DNA of 64,000 nt from Nitrospirota bacterium (GTDB lineage Bacteria; Nitrospirota; Thermodesulfovibrionia; Thermodesulfovibrionales; JdFR-86). The translations under genes were made by a program, and so were the position numbers. Under the pieces are notes generated by a model. That model saw nothing but the letters and a program-made list of their open reading frames with translations. It did not search any database and had not been told where the DNA came from. Shown one piece after another: positions 61,193-64,000 of this stretch (position 1 is the stretch's first letter; every line of letters starts with the position of its first letter). Location of the stretch: the NCBI GenBank assembly GCA_963721805.1, contig CAVRJY010000001.1:1280001-1344000 (forward strand). The letters are read 5' to 3'.

Positions 61193-63162
61193 AGTCATCT
61201 GACAAGGATTTCGTGGCCGAGGCCGAAGAACTCCTCGAAAGCGCCGGCAACATACTGGTCGAACTCCAGGAAAGCCCGTCCGACGAGCCCAACCCCGATT
61301 CGATCAACGCGCTCTTCCGCGCCATGCACACCTTAAAGGGCATGGCCGGGATCTACGGATACCACGGCATCTCGGAGATAAGCCACTCCCTTGAGAGCCT
61401 GCTTGACGACGTGCGCATGGGCAGGGCCGCGATGGGCTCGCGGGTGCTGGGCTTCCTCTTCAGACAGATCGACATACTGCGAAGCTCGCTTGAGGACGTG
61501 CTGGATGCCGCTACTCCAGAGGACCCCGAGGCCATCGCCGCGCGCAAGGGCGAGATCGAGGCCTTCCGCGAATCGCTCAAGGGCGGGGGCGATGCGGCGG
61601 CCTCGCTGGAGGGCATACCCGAGGAGCTCCTGCGCGTGCTGTCCGAGTATGAGGAGCACCGCCTCAGGCACAACATCCAGAAGGGCAATGCGATCTACCT
61701 GATCGGCCTCGTGTTTTCGATCATGGACTTCGACGTCGAACTCAAGAAGGTCACCGAGCGCCTGAAGCCCCTCGGCGAGCTCATCTCCACGATGCCGATC
61801 TCTGACAATGTGCCGCCGGGCTCGATAGGGTTCAGCCTCATGCTCGGGAGTGCGAAGTCAGAGGAAGAGATCGCGGCCGCGGCCGGCGTGGATCCAAAGC
61901 GGCTCGTCAAGGGCAGGGCGGCCGCGCAGCCGGTGATGGCCGAGGCATCGCAGGGCCAGCTGCGCTCGACCACGACGACCGTGCGCGTGAACATCGAGAA
62001 GCTCGACAAGATACTCAACACGATCAACGAGATATCGATCATCCGCTCGGCGAACCAGAATATCTGGACCGGACTCGTCGAACGCTACGGCCACACACCG
62101 CTGCTGATCGACATGTACCGCATAAACCAGAGCTTCGACCGGAGGCTCTCCGAGCTTCAGGACAACGTGCTGGGGCTGCGCATGGTCCCTATCGCGCAGA
62201 TGTTCGGCCGCCTGGCCCAGATCGTCAGGCGCTACTCCAATGACATCGACAAGAAGATCGATCTGCACACGTTCGGGGACGACACCGAGATGGACAAGTT
62301 CCTGGCTGAGGAGATCATCGACCCGCTGATGCATATCGTCCGAAACTCGATAGATCACGGCATCGAGGACTCGGACGAGCGCCTCGCGGCCGGTAAGCCC
62401 GAATCCGGCACGATCACCCTGAGCGCATACCAGCGCGGCAACAGCGTCGTGGTCGAGGTGCGCGACGACGGCCGCGGGATCGACATCGAGAGGATCAGGG
62501 AGAAGGCGCTGGAGCGCGGCCTTATAACCCCCGATATGGAACCCACCCGCCACGAACTCATCGCGATGATCTTCATGCCGAGCTTCAGCACGAAGGATTC
62601 GGTGAGCGAGGTCTCGGGCCGCGGCGTCGGGCTCGACGTCGTCAAGAGCAAACTCTCGTCGCTTGGCGCCAAGGTCGATATCGAGACCGAGACAGGCCGC
62701 GGGACTTCCTTCATACTCACGCTCCCGATAACAGTGGCGATCATCCGGAGCCTCATGGTCAAGGCCGGCGAAGAGCTGTTCGCGGTGCCGGTCTCGGCGC
62801 TTCAGGAGACGACCGCCGTGGACCCTACATACCTGAGCAGCCTCGAGGGCAAGGCGGTATACAACCTCAGGGGCGAGATGCTGCCAATCGTGGCACTTAA
62901 TGATATCTTTAACATCCCGACGATCGCCGTCGAGCGTCAGTTCGCGTTCATTGTGGGCGCGGACGAGCGCAAGCTCGGCGTGCTGGTGGATGAGATCATA
63001 GGGCAGCAGGACGTGGTCATCAAGCCCATCAGCGAATACCTGGGCAGTGTGAAGGGCTTTGCCGGTGCGGCCGAGATCAGCCGACACCGGGTCGTGCTCG
63101 TGCTCGACGTCGAGTCCCTGATCGCAGAGGCGTTCTTAAGGAGGAGGCGAGGCAGTGTTTAG
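61189..63162 (+). CDS. cheA: Chemotaxis-type histidine kinase CheA
   Basis: HPt FRAMHTLKG, HIVRNSIDHGIE, DDGRG, SGRGVGLDVV, CheW domain. Confidence 0.96.
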   Translation: MKSSDKDFVAEAEELLESAGNILVELQESPSDEPNPDSINALFRAMHTLKGMAGIYGYHGISEISHSLESLLDDVRMGRAAMGSRVLGFLFRQIDILRSSLEDVLDAATPEDPEAIAARKGEIEAFRESLKGGGDAAASLEGIPEELLRVLSEYEEHRLRHNIQKGNAIYLIGLVFSIMDFDVELKKVTERLKPLGELISTMPISDNVPPGSIGFSLMLGSAKSEEEIAAAAGVDPKRLVKGRAAAQPVMAEASQGQLRSTTTTVRVNIEKLDKILNTINEISIIRSANQNIWTGLVERYGHTPLLIDMYRINQSFDRRLSELQDNVLGLRMVPIAQMFGRLAQIVRRYSNDIDKKIDLHTFGDDTEMDKFLAEEIIDPLMHIVRNSIDHGIEDSDERLAAGKPESGTITLSAYQRGNSVVVEVRDDGRGIDIERIREKALERGLITPDMEPTRHELIAMIFMPSFSTKDSVSEVSGRGVGLDVVKSKLSSLGAKVDIETETGRGTSFILTLPITVAIIRSLMVKAGEELFAVPVSALQETTAVDPTYLSSLEGKAVYNLRGEMLPIVALNDIFNIPTIAVERQFAFIVGADERKLGVLVDEIIGQQDVVIKPISEYLGSVKGFAGAAEISRHRVVLVLDVESLIAEAFLRRRRGSV

Positions 63163-64000
63163 GGAGTTCTACGGCCTGCGCGTTAAGCCTTTCAGCAAGA
63201 CGCCGGACCCCGCGTTCCTCTATCCTGGCAGGCGGCACGAAGAGGCGCTGGCGCGGCTTCAGTACGCGGTCGAGGAGAAGGAGCTCTGCCTGCTGACCGG
63301 CGACGTCGGCTGCGGCAAGACCACGATCACGCGCAAGCTGATGGACGTGCTCGACCCGGCGCGCCACAGGGTCGTGCTGCTGATAAACCCCCGGATTTCA
63401 GCGACACAGTTTCTGGCCGAGGTCGCCTCCAAGATGGGGATCAAGCCGCGCCGGCCGAGGCGCGACATCCTGACCGGCCTGATACAGGAGCGCGTGTACG
63501 AGGACTACCTCTCGGGGATCACGCCGGTGGTCATACTGGACGAGGCGCAGCTCATCCCCCGCCGCGAGACGTTCGAGGAGATCCGGCTTCTGACGAATTT
63601 TCAGCTCGACGACAGCTAACCTGATAAGCGTGATACTGGTCGGGCAGACCGAGCTCAGGGAACGGCTCCAGAGGCCGGTGCACGAGCCGCTGAGGCAGCG
63701 CATAGGGATGGCCTATCACCTGGGCCCGCTAGGGATCGACGAGACGCGCGCATACGTGGCCCACAGGCTATCGATTGCCGGCCGCAGCGAGGCGCTCTTT
63801 ACCGAAGGCCGCGATAGAGGCCCTCCACAGGCATTCGGGCGGGGTGCCGAGGCTCATAAACAGCATCGCCAACCTTGCGCTGCTGGCAGGAATGGGGCAT
63901 GACGCGGAGGTTATAGACGAGGGTATCGTAAATGAGGCGGCCGGGGAACTGGGGTTTACAGCAGGCCATGCCGCCCCCAGGCGCGTGGCCTCGGGGACGG
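63155..64000 (+). CDS. ExeA/GspA-like AAA ATPase, frameshifted, end uncertain at window edge
   Basis: FYGLRVKPFSKTPDP, TGDVGCGKTT, ILDEAQ, LVGQTEL, LRQRI. Confidence 0.85.

Overview
High-GC bacterial chromosome segment from an anaerobe. Gene content and order suggest a Nitrospirota/deltaproteobacteria-like lineage; this is inference, with no database search. Core genes are ilvN, xseAB, pckG, rpmE-prfA-prmC, lolA, proS, recR-ybaB-dnaX-ffs-tRNA-Ser, aspS, hslVU, rlpA, mqnE/mqnC, wrbA and cheY-cheA. Four accessory blocks are interleaved. (i) About 4-19 kb: a pckG-coupled tandem kinase/pseudokinase, a GH13 enzyme, hcp, an APH+HAD pair, and a stress/envelope cluster (BON proteins, small lipoproteins, an Ig-like + DUF3494 lipoprotein). 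(ii) 32-44 kb: an AT-rich two-gene PD-(D/E)xK cassette, plus two diverged, inward-facing copies of an unexplained ~320-bp structured non-coding element bracketing a perR-rubrerythrin/NosL/ECF-sigma segment. (iii) 52.9-58.7 kb: a dsrH-dsrE-dsrF-tusA-like sulfur relay divergent from an NHL lipoprotein and two paralogous repeat-built multiheme cytochromes (about 29 and 13 CxxCH). (iv) A chemosensory cluster starting at the right edge. Many genes, mostly beyond 46 kb and including essential aspS, carry short frameshifting indels. These most likely reflect sequencing/assembly error, so several coordinates are reconstructed across frames. No CRISPR array, rRNA, integrase or transposase was seen.
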